From: Oopsacas minuta
Lineage: Eukaryota; Animalia; Porifera
Assembly (NCBI GenBank): GCA_024704765.1
Contig: JAKMXF010000300.1
Span: 62,001-126,000, forward strand
Length of the DNA stretch: 64,000 nucleotides
Direction of reading: 5' to 3'
Shown here: one piece after another, positions 23,115 to 34,947 of the stretch
Layout: every line of letters begins with the position of its first letter
How positions within the stretch are numbered: position 1 is the first letter of the stretch
Notes under the pieces: model-generated
The model's database searches: none
The model's input: only the letters and a program-made list of their open reading frames with translations
What the model was told of the DNA's origin: nothing
Made by a program: the position numbers and the translations under genes

Positions 23115-24644
23115 GTGAACTGAGACGAATCAGACAACAGAAAATTCCACCTTCCAGGACCGAAAAATTCATCTATAATCATATATGAAAGTAGTTTCGC
23201 ATACTCACTTGGCAGTGAGCACTATAATACTTATAAATGACAATTTAACATGTAACCACATCCGGACAAAAATAATTAACTTTCATTTTGTTCTTATTTT
23301 ACTTTAAAAACCTTCAAAATCAATTTCGATCTTCTTACACGAGTAAATTTCTAGAATTAATTAACAAGTAGTCAATAGTAGATAATAAATCATTGAATCA
23401 TGAAATTGTCTCGATAGATTAGTCGGAAATATGATTACTAGTACAAGTATCCCCAGGCTAAAATGGAGGTTCAATAATACCCAGAGGAAATATTAATTAA
23501 TTCTATCAATATATTATATTCGCCAGATGATTGGTACAATCCTCCTTTTGGTAGAGATAACAGTTCAATATTACAAATTGATATGATAATAATCAGAACG
23601 GTGAAATCTATACTGTATTTCAATTCTAATCTGTAATGAAGTTAGAGTTGATAAGTCCAATATTATTCAGGAATATTTTGGTACAAATGAGAGGGAAAAT
23701 CTAACGGTTAGTTCTCCCATGCTGTATGAACCCAAATATACCAACATAATTATCAAACATTATGTGGAAGTTCCATCAGCTGTACATCATTTCAAAGCGT
23801 GGTTTGGTCAGGCAGGAACATGTGATTGAGCAATTCTTCTATACCTAAATACAGAGTCCATCAATCAGATCCTGAATAAATTCAGCTATCTGTTAAAGTG
23901 GTTTGACGTCATAGCTATATGTACGTTTATTGAAATAGTTACCTACTTGAGAGATATGCAGTCTTTTGACATTTAGATATCATATAGCCATATACTAAAA
24001 TATGATTTAACTGATATCAGAGACATCTCATGGGTCACTTCACTAGATTTGCTTATGAGTATCCATTTGCTTTGTGCATAATACTGCGAGGGAAGGATTA
24101 TATGAAAACTGTTATCAGCTATTTAGGAGGATCAGGAGACATGATTCTAGTAATCATAAATTGACTTCACGCCCTGATAGTAAGGCAATCGTGACACAAT
24201 TATTATTATTGGGTAATTTGAATAATATTAATTAGAGGAACTGCTGTATTACAAAATTAAAAACAGGACTCACGCATATTATGACGACATTTATTGGGGA
24301 AAATATAGATTCAAAATCGGAGAATATGAATTCTGATTTGTCGAAATAAGTTGTCCGAAATTTACAACTAATATTATTAGATGTATAGTCAATACAGCAA
24401 AATAAATAAGGATAGCATCAGTTTGGCTAATTATCATAGCTAATAAGCATTGACTATTGAATATTCGTGAATAAATTGAATTATATTTGTGACAGCAGTA
24501 AGTGATAGAGTTTCATCAAGAGATGAAATCGTAAAAATATAATCGTTACTTCCTTTAAAGGTATACAAGTCCAGACTAGATCATGAAAATATTTAATCTA
24601 CCAACCAAATTTATTTCGCTAAACGGACATTTCGTAATATGTGC

Positions 24645-24711
24645 ACACTCCTTACAAACACTCCTTACAAACACTCCTTACAAACACTCCTTACAAACAC
24701 TCCTTACAAAC
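24645..24711 (+). repeat. Minisatellite (ACACTCCTTACAA)x5
   Basis: Five perfect head-to-tail 13-nt units with no spacers. Confidence 0.95.
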
Positions 24712-27544
24712 TTGATGTATAAACCAAACAAATCAATACTATCACAATTCATAAATATATTAATTTGCAATAATATAAATATTATTATTGTTTAGTGTAA
24801 ACAATGATATGAAATCTTTGTTTTCCTAACTTACCATAATACAATTATTAATGAACTAATCGCAGGTATAATTAATACGCGATATTACGTCAGTAGAATA
24901 TTTTCACAATCGTGTGCGGAAATCTCTACAGTGAAATAGAACAACTAAACGTGAGTGTATGTTTTTCTTAATTGCTTTTCAGGGTTCAAGTTGTCAGTAG
25001 CATTGTCAGTATGCATGATGTATATTGTCAGCCATATTAATTATTAGGTCTTACAAGAATACAGATATTCCCCGAAACAGGAATTACATTTCCAAGTAAC
25101 CCAACGTTTTACTATTATATTAAGGTGAGCTGAGCAAGAAATGACAAGTAAGCAAGCGTTTGTGTGAGTTTCTGAATAGAATTCTGAATAAGACTATTTA
25201 GAAAAACCATGAAACATAAATTATTTGTTTAGTTGAAATTAAATAAGAGCTACGGTGTTGTGACATTCAAATTAGGACGACTCCATCTTCCGGTCCATTT
25301 TTCATAAATTGAGTACGTGAAATGGCCTTCCTTTCAGATGGGACAACGTACTATGATTCCGAAAATAAATACGCAATATTATAATATAATTAAAAGTCTT
25401 AATAATACTATTAACATATACCAAACTGAAACGGAAATTACTTGACATTAAGATGCAATTCGAATGTTACTCTAATGTTATCTACTATTGATCTCAAAGT
25501 ATCAGATAGAGACAATTCAATATTCGTAGACAATTATAATTTCACATATCTTTATTAAGATCATTAACTCAATAAAAGCTGTGACGTACACAATGTGCTA
25601 AATAATCAAGTAATTAACCAACGCACTTATCACGCGTAATATTTGTAATCATAAATACTATTTCATGGCAAATAGGCTATGAGACATACTAGGGCCAAGA
25701 TAATACAGTAATCATAATTCTGGATATGATTATATTTTAATAATATAGATTAATAAATATTGTCATTTTGGAATCCTATGACATTTTGCTCATGGAATGT
25801 TCCCTCATTCAACTTTGTTATATTAACTTATAATTCAAACTATTTCCCATGTTTATTTAAAGCGAACATCGTGAAACAAAAAATCAGTAGAATTTCCATG
25901 AAGAATTTTCAGCAGAAATGCCTTTTTCCGCTGTATTATGCAAACTAGTTTATAAGAGACATCTGGCAAGAAGAAATGTGCTCATGTTGTATACGTATAA
26001 AACATACATTTAGGAGTGCACGTAGGATTGTTATGAACAGGCACATACCTGCTATCAGTAACATACAAACATTATTCCTAGCAAAATTGTTTCCTATTCA
26101 TTAGTTATACTTACAATTATCAGCAAAAATATATTATTAATTCAGCAATCTCACGTATATGTATGTATAATCATTTCTATGTAATAATCTATAAAAGTTT
26201 ACTACCTATATAGTGCCATAATTATTGCCATATGTTTGATAAAATTCGATGAATCATAAATTCTTAGAAGCACTTAGCACCTCACTTCATCATTTTATTT
26301 ATCAATCGTATTTACATAATATTAGCAATTCATTATCGTCATTACGTTGAATATTAATATGAATCAAATTTTGCCCAGATCTTAATTAATTAGAATATGT
26401 TATCTTGTGAGGTTAATAATGATATTTGTGTCTAGAAATGCTTGAGGATAAAACGTATTATAGTGAAAGGTAGATATCTATTTTTATCATGATCAAGTTT
26501 GGCATTTCACGATTAAACTATATTTGGTAAATGCGTATTGTATATGTAAGTAATAAGCATTCCTTACTGCAAACCTACCTACCTCATTGTATCTGTACAT
26601 TCTAGCAATAAAATACTAATTATACTCTAAGAGTACTGGATAATGTTTCTTCAAAGATACGATAATTACTGTTACTCTCACCCCCAGAAGCTAAGATCGT
26701 TTGATATTATAAAATGCTTTGACAGTTGTGTATAAGTATAATTGTATTGACACAATAACTAGTCTGAACCAGGAGAGTTAACATATGATGAGACTTCAGT
26801 CTCGTAAAGTACCATATGCTATATACTAGTGTATTCAACAAAATAACAATCAAACAGAGCGATGGTTATAGATATTTCGAATTTGAGTTTAGAGATTATT
26901 TCATTACTTTAATCAGCTTAAAGGAGGATTAAATAAACACTTACTAGTTCCCCTTCAATGATTTTCAATATCTATTACGTCGGTTCTACTTCCTCCAATA
27001 GGAATATGAAATTTGCAAGACTTCTGGTGTATGTATTAACCAGAGTACCGCATTTCTTATTGATTCTATTACCAAAGCATTTAGCTGTGGAAGGAAGTAG
27101 GTATGCTAGAACTGTATACTTCCAATTGATGTGTGTTGTTTAAGCAAGATTCTTACACATGATGTTGTCTGGTATAATAGTTTAGCATACGATGATAGAC
27201 TTGAAGGCTAGTACAATATATTACAATTTCCAAGTAATCATATTTAATTGCAAATACCGCATTTTGTAAGAATATTAAACTGCCTTTTTTTGAGAGAATT
27301 TATAAATTAGACATTCTTTTGTTTCTTATAAGATGACATCATATACTGGTTGAAGGTTAATTTGTGTAAAATACATAATGTTGAGATTGTGTTCTAATAG
27401 TTAAGTTATAGGGACACAAGTGAAGTAGCAATATATTTATTTAACCAAAAACTTGTTGGAGAGAAGTTGTTGGCATTTAAAACAACCCACTTTAAATATT
27501 TAAGTTTAAAAGTGTGTGTTTGAATAGCCATAATAATTAATATA

Positions 27545-27930
27545 TATAGCAGATATCGGTTATAAGAACATGGTCGAGAATTGGACTACATACCGGTTAT
27601 GCTTTTATAGCCGGTATGTAGTATATAGTGGATACAGGTTACGAGAAAACTTAAACACATTTGGATGTAGGAATCATATTATAGAAAACAGTTCTCATAT
27701 ATATTTTGTATTTTTGGCTGATTCTACAAACATATCGGTAATGAGAACCAATTTTACTACTATTCTAAGAGTGGTCTTATAACTGGCATAATTATATTGG
27801 GGTAGTAGCAACCGTATTCCAGTATAATGTTCTTATAACCGGTTTAAATTCTGTGGAGTTTAATACAAAAGATTCCGAATTCAAGTCAAGGTTCTTATGA
27901 CCGGTGTTCTTATATCAGGCATCTATTGTA
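27545..27930. mobile_element. Tc1/mariner-pogo-like MITE with subterminal GGTTATAAGAAC/GTTCTTATAACC repeats
   Basis: 25-bp termini matching 18/25 (tatagcagatatcggttataagaac vs tacaatagatgcctgatataagaac), TA-bounded. Internal 16-bp hairpin at 27585-27622. Confidence 0.65.
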
Positions 27931-27983
27931 TTAGAGAAAAAATAGTCTATCTATTCGTTTCATTTAGAAGTGCCACGATAGCT

Positions 27984-27999
27984 GAGAGAGAGAGAGAGA
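27984..27999 (+). repeat. (GA)8 microsatellite
   Basis: Direct reading. Confidence 0.9.
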
Positions 28000-28439
28000 T
28001 GATTTCATACCATCATAATGCGTGTGTAAGTCTATTGAGTAGTACATTTGCATAATTCTGAAGTTTAAACATAAGCTCTGGTGCGTAGATGTGATGGGTT
28101 GTTAATTAGGCCGTAATCTATATTAGTATAGGATGAAATGGAATTGTAATATGTCAAACCCTACCAGATTATTAATATCCGTTAGTTAGACAATACATTT
28201 AATATATCTCTTTCATTATATTTACGTCAAATAATTTGTACAATTAATTTATCAGAGATTGTGTGGGAGTTTTAACACCAAAGTGATTTCTATGTTGTGA
28301 CTAGTAAATTTAGAATGTATTATTCTTCTCATTTTCAGTGATTTGTTCATCTCTTAATATGAAAATGCAACGTATTCGGGTTCAAGTTACAAATATATTA
28401 GCAAATATATAGTTCTAGTCTAATGGTATAATTGTTATG

Positions 28440-29200
28440 TCAGATGATTGAAGGTGATAAGATAATATTGTACTTAAACGTCGGAACTTTCAATGTAAAT
28501 TATAGGAAGAACAAATGATGCAAAATATTGGATATTATAATTGTAAAGTACTGTCAGGGACGCGTACTATTCTATCACATTATTACTCTATCGTGTGTGT
28601 GTATATTGTACAAATTGGTAGAACAGACGGCGGTTGCTTGTTTCATATTATTAGAAGAATTTTGCTATTTGGGATTTGGTGTATCTTTAATAAGGCTCTA
28701 CTATTCACTATCTCAAATATCTACTGTAATTATATTCAATATTATTCCTTCGGAGTAATTCAACTGACAATCGAAGGTCTTATACATTATCCTAATAATT
28801 GTTCATTAACGAAGTACTGTAAATGTAATCTAGAATTTAGCATCAATAGTCCAAATAGTTGTATCTTAGGTCAATGATTTATCTTATCAAACCTTACTAT
28901 CCGAATACTTTTTATGCAAAGATTCCTATGTTTCGATAGTACCCATTTTGGTAAAATCTATATTTATCTTGATTACAGGTCTAATTCGGTCGATATATCA
29001 TTCACAATACTCAGGTTTATATCATCATAGCAGATAAGTTTATTTCTGGAATAGGATTAAAGTTCATAAACGGATTACTGATGAAGAAGAGCTAAGATAA
29101 TTCTTAGTGCACTAACGGTGACAATTCAACTGTGAGTAATGATCTTATTTTGTGGAATTTCGACCCTATGTTTAAGTGTTATCTACTGTGAAGATAATTA
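28440..29200 (+). pseudogene. Possible decayed multi-TM (orphan 7TM-like) gene
   Basis: Hydrophobic fragments in alternating frames (ACFILLEEFCYLGFGVSLI; IHYPNNCSLTK; ILSNLTIRILFMQRFLCF; VMILFCGISTLCLSVIY), in an order loosely resembling the 7TM genes at 52-55 kb. Confidence 0.3.
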
Positions 29201-29436
29201 ACATGGCTTATACATGATGATGAAGACATGATGAAATCTGTGAATTGAAAGAATTGTAGAATCCTAAGTCTTCAATTGAGTCATTAAATATAAAGAACTA
29301 TGGATAAGTGAGTATATTAGACAGGGAGTATGACTCTTATGTATACAGAGACATTCGTGTACAAAGCTAGTGCGACGTTTGTTATAAATATATGGTACAC
29401 AAAAGTCGTGATGATTGTACACAAGCGTCGCAGTGG

Positions 29437-29607
29437 CAAAGATGCCAACTCTCACGGTTATCCAGCGATTTCATGGATTTCTAGCTCCATTTAAATGTAC
29501 TTCTGAAAGTTTTCCAAATCAATAAAGTCTCACCCTTTCTCAAGGGTAGTCTCACAAATTTTCAGACGGATTCTAACGGATCCTTGAGATGGAAGTTGGC
29601 ATCTATG
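29437..29607. mobile_element. ~170-bp MITE with AGATGCCAACT terminal inverted repeats
   Basis: caaagatgccaact ... agttggcatctatg (13/14 match). No TSD seen. Confidence 0.55.
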
Positions 29608-29622
29608 CATTAGCATTGTCTA

Positions 29623-29851
29623 AGTATGACATTAGTGAAATAGTTAGCTAAAATCACATAGTCACCAAGCATAACCAATACTCTTAACTAATCCTATCAA
29701 ACCCAATTCACCAAGTAAATATCGACTTTAAATATCCAAATTTACAACAAGGAGATGGTTAGACATCCAGGAGCAATATTGACACTAATCAAATGTAAAA
29801 AGCTAGTGTGACGTTTGTGTACAGATATATTTGTACACAAATGTCTCCCTC
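29623..29851 (+). repeat. Dispersed repeat, copy 2 (homologous to 15328-15595)
   Basis: See copy 1. This copy lacks the GGATCAG/ACATCC expansions present in copy 1. Confidence 0.85.
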
Positions 29852-30179
29852 CGAGTAGACGGGTCTAAAGGTTATACAACCTGTGTGAAATGTTCTAAAG
29901 ATTTTCAACTTTCAAGACCTGTTAAAATTCTACTACGAACAAATACATAATAGTATATTACACATTTTGGCAGTCTTTTCATCTTTTGTACAACTTTCGA
30001 AAAAATGTACTCCTAGATCCTATATTATTGTTTAAAGCATTTCTCTAATCCGAACGAATTATTTTTGCAATTGGAGTACTACTTCAAATTATCGTCCCCA
30101 CGAGGAGTTAATATACTCCCTAGCGGCCTCGCAGAAACGTGTAGCAAAAGCAGAGGTAACTACAAATTTATGTTACCGA

Positions 30180-30351
30180 TATTGTAGACTCCGCTGAATA
30201 GGGTCACATCGGGATCAGGCCTGTTTGACCAGATTAAGCGGAATAAAGGTGTTGGCCCGATTAACCGGAGTAACACTGCACTATTTGTATGGTCCTGTTT
30301 CTGGCAAAGTGGCCTGACTAACCAGTGGCTCTATTAGCGGAGTTTACCGTA
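30180..30351. mobile_element. pogo/Tc1-like MITE (~170 bp)
   Basis: Left tattgtagactccgctgaataggg. Reverse complement of the right end is tacggtaaactccgctaatagagc. TA-bounded. Confidence 0.6.
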
Positions 30352-30494
30352 TTATCATAAATCAAATACCCTGGCTACTGTAAAAACGTGAATGTAACAA
30401 ATATTGATTTTAATAACTTGAACTATTAATTAGAATCTAAAAGTGACGACAAATAATAATAATGGAAAAAGCTTGTCTATAAGAAATATAAGGT

Positions 30495-30947
30495 TTATTC
30501 TGGATATTTAGGATACCAAGGTTCATGATTAAAGTTTGGAAATATTAGTCTAATTTCCCTTCTCACATCATCTTGAGTATCTGAACAATGTATTGCATTC
30601 ATAGTCTCATTAGAAGCAAAACGTGCTCGCAGAGAATTCTCCCTACAACCTTCTTTGCCTTTCACTAAAATACTAAAATCTTCTATAGCATTATGTTTAG
30701 ATAAAATACATGCAATAACTGGACCGGTTATAATGTATCGAATACATCTTTTGAAATAGAATTTTGATCTTTTTGGATAATAGAATCTCTTCGCTTGAGC
30801 CGGGGAAAACTGAAATGTACGCTGTTGTACAATTTCAAAACCTTCATTATGTATTCTCTCAAATACTGCTTCTGTTTTTAATCGCATTTGGACTATTTCT
30901 GGTTTTAATATTGCCAGTGTTATTTGCTTTATTTTGTTTGTACTCAT
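30495..30947 (-). CDS. NME6: Nucleoside diphosphate kinase family, NME6-like, divergent
   Basis: ITLAILKP, RFY, SLRARFA, NAIHCSD (phospho-His), REIRLIFPNF...WY C-terminus typical of NME6. The ATG at 30947 is preferred over the GTG at 30968. Confidence 0.75.
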   Translation of the reverse strand: MSTNKIKQITLAILKPEIVQMRLKTEAVFERIHNEGFEIVQQRTFQFSPAQAKRFYYPKRSKFYFKRCIRYIITGPVIACILSKHNAIEDFSILVKGKEGCRENSLRARFASNETMNAIHCSDTQDDVRREIRLIFPNFNHEPWYPKYPE

Positions 30948-31397
30948 TTCTCTAATAAAAATACACACTGGTACATAAATGTGTTTGCATATAGACGTGT
31001 ACGTATGACTCAGGGATAAGAATTAAAACATTGTGGCGAACACTTAATTTGAGAACAACATAAACCACTGAGATCAACACTCAGCCTGAAGTATAGTCGG
31101 TACAGTAATATCTACTCCATGGCTCTGCAATATGGGAATCTCATATAAATGTATTGTATGTACAAGTTTTGAAACGGTAAATGATATTTTACTGCTCGTA
31201 AAAAGTGTTCTAAAATTTGTATAACTGAAATTTGAATTTTGACAACATAGCTTAATATTCTGAGTAAACACTCGGATTTTTCTATTATCAATATTATACA
31301 AACAAGATATCAATATTATATATGTTATAGGAGAGCAGAGATTACAAACATACAAAATATAAATAACAAAAAGTAAATGTCAAATGTCTATCAAGTT

Positions 31398-32021
31398 TTA
31401 GTTACAACATTTACCCCCTGCCTCATCAAGATTGACATTAGGATCAACATTAGTGTTGGGTTCTCTGGGATGGTTGGGCTTTTTGTTAACCATTTCCATA
31501 ACACTGTGTGCCATATTTATAAACACTTTATCCACAGAATTCTTTACTTTGAGATCGTACTCCAGATAACTCATTTGCTCTGATTCAGCAAACTGGGTGG
31601 CTTTGTCCGTTTGTACTTGCCGCTCGTAGTCATAACAACCTGTTACGTTACCAACAACGATCTTTGGAATGTTTGGATTTTTAACATGTTCATCAGCTTC
31701 CTTCATCCAATACTGAATAGAATTGAATGAGAGCTCATCTTTTACATCAAATACCATGATGATACCATGCGCGCCTCTGTAAAACGATGACGTCATAGAT
31801 CTGAATCTCTCCAACCCAGCTGTATCCCATAAATGAAGTTTTATTCGCTTCCCATCCAATTCAATAGGCTTTACTTTAAAGTCAATTCCACCTACTGTTG
31901 TGTTGTCAGCTCCAGTAGTTTTACCATCGTTGATATAAGTTGATAGAAGTTGAGTTTTACCTGAACTAGCTTCGCCTAATAGTAATATTTTGAAAAGTTG
32001 GTTGTATGAACTAGTTGCCAT
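31398..32021 (-). CDS. Atypical Rab GTPase (Rab1/8/10-like scaffold)
   Basis: FKILLLG...GKT, TVGGIDF, LWDTAGLERFRSMTSSFYRGAHG, C-terminal GGKCCN. G4 and G5 motifs are degenerate. Confidence 0.9.
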   Translation of the reverse strand: MATSSYNQLFKILLLGEASSGKTQLLSTYINDGKTTGADNTTVGGIDFKVKPIELDGKRIKLHLWDTAGLERFRSMTSSFYRGAHGIIMVFDVKDELSFNSIQYWMKEADEHVKNPNIPKIVVGNVTGCYDYERQVQTDKATQFAESEQMSYLEYDLKVKNSVDKVFINMAHSVMEMVNKKPNHPREPNTNVDPNVNLDEAGGKCCN

Positions 32022-32493
32022 CTTCGCTATTAATTAAATAATTAAATGAATTCTTTATAAATACTAACTAGTTATGATTGCTTCTAATCTCACTCTCAAA
32101 TACCAGATGGAAACCTGGTTGTTATGTGAAGCTTGATTAGAGTGAAGGTAAAAACAGTTGACTTCATGTGATTTATGATTTGTTATCGTTTACATACGAA
32201 TATTAATTAGTGGATATTTCTCATCTTGTGCAAACATTGAATTAGTAGAATCATTATGATTCAATAATCGTCAAAGAGCAGTTCAAGCAGTACAGTGTAA
32301 ATCAAAATAGTAGTGGCTAGTTACAAAATTAGATTTGCAAGAAATCTCGTGTTTTTGTAGGATTCTCTTAAATATATATCGAGTTTGTGAATATAATAAA
32401 TTCGCATAAAATATAATAAATAGGTAAAAGCCTAATACGTACATGATGCGTAAAAGTGATGAAATCGAATAAAGTGTGGTTGCTTTTGTAAAA

Positions 32494-34893
32494 CTAATTA
32501 TTGGGTTTGATGGTTGCAGTTGAATCGAGTTTAACTTCCATTCTTCCAACCCTTTTATTAAGTGTATCAACTGAAGCAGCTACATTCGAAATATTTTCAT
32601 TTAGCGCGAATAATAAATTCTCGAATCGAGTTGCGGACAAGGCTTGTTCATCTTCTACTTCATGGTGTGCTTGACGGCCTTTTGAATGTTTAACAAATTC
32701 CTCTAAGGTATCATTCATTCCATTTACCTTTGATAGAATGTTAAGAGTTGCCAATTTAATCGCGCGCTCTCCACCTGAATCAGCTGCTCCTTCATCAAAA
32801 TTTTCAATAAGAGGTGAACATTTATCATGAATACGATTATAATAGTATTTCAAAAATTGGTATGGTAGCTTTTTCTCTGTGCTTAGAAGTAAACGGGCTT
32901 TTTCCATTATAGCGGTTGCCTGTGAATTGTCATAGATAGTTTGAAAGGTATTTGACAATAATGCAATGAAAAGATTCAAACTTACGATACTGACAATTGC
33001 AATATACGTACCAACGATGAAATACGTCATCCATTCGTCTTGATCCCTGATTATATGGAATGGATAATCATCTACAACTATCATGCGAAATACAGTGAAA
33101 ACGGTAGATGGAAATGAATGTAAATCTTCATTCAAAGATCGAAATAAAATCCAAAAACCAAGTGAATAGGGAATGACCAAGGTCACGATGAATATGAGAA
33201 ATCGAAAAATATCCGACTTGAGGTATATCAAAATTGCAATGAACCAGCCAATAAATTCAAAAGGACGTAAATATTTTAGCAAACGAAACCAGATTAATAT
33301 CAGTGTGATAACAGAAATCCTAGCATGCCATTCTGCCAAAATGGTTGAGTGAGCAGCAATATCTACAATATGTGTAACTGCTGTAGCTGTCATTAAAAAG
33401 TAAGCAAGCCAATCTATGTAATTCCAAAAATCGCCGATATAAGGGTTTTTAAGTCGGTTCAAATCTTTCATCAAAGATTTTATATGTTCATGCTCTGTGG
33501 TTAAGTAATCTGGAAATGACTTTTTATCTTTCTTATAAATAATATTCATTTTCTTGGCAAAATGTCGTTCTTCTGAGATATCCTTGGTTAGTTCAGTGAT
33601 TTCTTCAACAATTTGAAAAAACAGAAAAGCGAAGCAAAGAAAACCAACGACAATTCTCCAAATATCTGTCGGTAGATTATATATGTATTTCTCCTGTTTA
33701 GGAGGATGAATAGCAAACAGCGACCAAAAAGTCAAATTGATTAGATAGAAAATAAGCTGAAAAATAGCAAAAGCTCTTCCATACATTCTCCATTTAACTT
33801 TTAGTAATTTCCTGAATATTGGATGTAATACCAGCTCAAAACGTTTGAATTGCACTATAGAATCAAGTGGAGTACGAGTAACATCCAAATTAGTCTTCTT
33901 TTCAAGCAATTGTAAATAAAACAGCTGTTTGCGACTGAGTACATCTGTGACGTAGAATTGGTCTAGAGCTATGTTAGACACGAATGACATTTTCTCAATC
34001 ATCTGTACCATACAGAATTGATCATATGAATCAAAAGTTGCTGCGTATGATAAAGAATGTTCTAGAAGATATCTAGCAGATGTACTTCTCTCATATTGTG
34101 TAGCTAGATGTAATGCTGTTCTTCCTTGATAATCACGTGACTCAAGCCATTCCCTGAACGCACTCTCCCTGTCAGGGTCACTAGATAGAGAAATCTTCAT
34201 GTAATGCACTAGTTCTATTATGACGTCATTCGTATCACTTAATGCTGCTATATGTAAAGGAGATAATAACATTCTATCAGTTCTGTAGTGTAACAGTTTA
34301 TAACTAAGTTTACATAGCAAGCTAATAATGTCAGGACGATTCTCAATACAAGCTAAGTGTAGAGCTGTCCAACCCCAATAATCTACGGTCTCTATCTTGG
34401 CTCCATTGTCGATTAGCCAATGGGTAACAGATAGAGGGAACTTTATCACGGATTGGTGAAGAGGGGTAAGACCTTTGTCGGTACACGCGTTTACGTCCGC
34501 ACCCATGGCGAGGAGACGATCTAACTCTGATAGATCAACTTCCGACTGGTTTGATTGAGATTGTAAATGAGCTAAATAGTTCATAATCTTTTGTCGATTG
34601 CATTTCTCTATAAGTTCTACACTTACACCGGGTTCTACTGGAGAACTACACTGAGAATTATTATCAATATTAAAGGAAATTGGCTCTAGGAGAGAAGAGA
34701 AATCGAAAATAGTTTCTTGTCTCATTTTAGCAAGTGAACTGCCTCGTTTTCTGGATACAGGTGCTTTAGAGTACTCAATGGTAGGACCGTCATCATCAAA
34801 ATGGTTGATAGAAGTAGAGGAATATGCTTCTCTTATTAGAGGAGTGCGTTCTGTGGTTTCTGGCGAAACTTTGTTATTTGGCATTTCTAGCAT
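32494..34893 (-). CDS. Ankyrin-repeat TRP cation channel (TRPA/TRPV-like)
   Basis: About 5-6 ankyrin repeats and six TM segments (WNYIDW; WFRLLKYLRPF; LNLFIALLSNTF), plus a C-terminal coiled coil. The real start may be the second ATG (34884). Confidence 0.88.
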   Translation of the reverse strand: MLEMPNNKVSPETTERTPLIREAYSSTSINHFDDDGPTIEYSKAPVSRKRGSSLAKMRQETIFDFSSLLEPISFNIDNNSQCSSPVEPGVSVELIEKCNRQKIMNYLAHLQSQSNQSEVDLSELDRLLAMGADVNACTDKGLTPLHQSVIKFPLSVTHWLIDNGAKIETVDYWGWTALHLACIENRPDIISLLCKLSYKLLHYRTDRMLLSPLHIAALSDTNDVIIELVHYMKISLSSDPDRESAFREWLESRDYQGRTALHLATQYERSTSARYLLEHSLSYAATFDSYDQFCMVQMIEKMSFVSNIALDQFYVTDVLSRKQLFYLQLLEKKTNLDVTRTPLDSIVQFKRFELVLHPIFRKLLKVKWRMYGRAFAIFQLIFYLINLTFWSLFAIHPPKQEKYIYNLPTDIWRIVVGFLCFAFLFFQIVEEITELTKDISEERHFAKKMNIIYKKDKKSFPDYLTTEHEHIKSLMKDLNRLKNPYIGDFWNYIDWLAYFLMTATAVTHIVDIAAHSTILAEWHARISVITLILIWFRLLKYLRPFEFIGWFIAILIYLKSDIFRFLIFIVTLVIPYSLGFWILFRSLNEDLHSFPSTVFTVFRMIVVDDYPFHIIRDQDEWMTYFIVGTYIAIVSIVSLNLFIALLSNTFQTIYDNSQATAIMEKARLLLSTEKKLPYQFLKYYYNRIHDKCSPLIENFDEGAADSGGERAIKLATLNILSKVNGMNDTLEEFVKHSKGRQAHHEVEDEQALSATRFENLLFALNENISNVAASVDTLNKRVGRMEVKLDSTATIKPNN

Positions 34894-34947
34894 ATTGTGA
34901 ATAAATGAATAAACTACTGTGAGTATACTCTAGTTACTACTAACACG

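Noticed and set aside
24645-24711. Regular repeat array as a possible CRISPR
   Set aside because: Perfect 13-nt head-to-tail units with no spacers and no cas genes; it is a minisatellite.
7984-30955. Numerous 60-140 aa ORFs in the ORF track (intergenic or antisense to real genes)
   Set aside because: No recognisable motifs; composition reflects AT-rich background, repeats or shadow frames.
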